Positions 63,560 to 64,000 of a DNA stretch of 64,000 bases are shown one piece after another. Both the position numbers and the translations under genes were made by a program. Numbering within the stretch: the first letter of the stretch is position 1; each line of letters starts with the position of its first letter. Under the pieces are notes generated by a model, which was given only the letters and a program-made list of their open reading frames with translations, was not told the DNA's origin and searched no databases. The DNA is from Octopus vulgaris (Eukaryota). Location of the stretch: assembly GCA_951406725.2 (NCBI GenBank), contig OX597817.1, positions 24,614,001 through 24,678,000 of the forward strand, read 5' to 3'.

Positions 63560-63797
63560 TATATACATACATACATACATATATACATACATACATATAT
63601 ATACATACATACATACATATATATATATATGCATACATACATATATATATATATATGCATACATACATATATATATGCATACATACATATATATATGCAT
63701 ACATACATATATATATGCATACATACATATATATATGCATACATACATATATATATGCATACATACATATGTATATATATATATATATATATATATG
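63330..63797. repeat. Compound (TA)n/(TACA)n microsatellite with a 20-bp higher-order unit
   Basis: Unit atgcatacatacatatatat repeats about 6 times at 63630-63770. Confidence 0.97.
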
Positions 63798-64000
63798 ATT
63801 CAGTCTCTATTGCATCGCTTGTACAAGCCATGCACTTGAAAGCCATAAGTGAAATCAACATTTTTAGCTAATGAAATTTCTTGCTATGATTCACTTGAAA
63901 CTCAATTACAATCTCCCGTCCTCCCCTCTCTGTCCATCTATCTCTCACACATGCACATACACACAACCCACTCTGTGATGACAACATCATACTATAGATT

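Overview
This is AT-rich, eukaryotic, non-genic DNA (intergenic or deep intronic) full of (TA)n, (CA)n, (TACA)n, (CAT)n and (AAT)n microsatellites. The repeat families look like those of octopus (coleoid cephalopod) genomes; this is inferred from recognising the families, not from a search. I find no convincing intact host gene, and nearly all long ORFs in the track are translations of microsatellites or SINEs. The window is a nested set of mostly decayed transposons: several tRNA-derived SINE families, RTE, CR1 and R4/Dong LINE remnants, Tc1/mariner, hAT and piggyBac-type elements, and five Helitrons, one carrying a PIF1 helicase fragment. The most interesting signal is a recurring set of fold-back (inverted-repeat) insertions in or beside (TA)n tracts. 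The best one (41548-41975) has perfect 152-bp arms around a minimal type I hammerhead ribozyme motif, the architecture of Penelope-like retroelements. Related hammerhead remnants lie at about 19043-19064 and 28274-28308. Other points of note are a double fold-back rearrangement at 44342-44675, a twin-priming-type 5' inversion in an RTE, module-swapped Helitrons and SINEs, and a pre-miRNA-like hairpin at 37885-37955. Coordinates were read by eye and may be off by a few bases.
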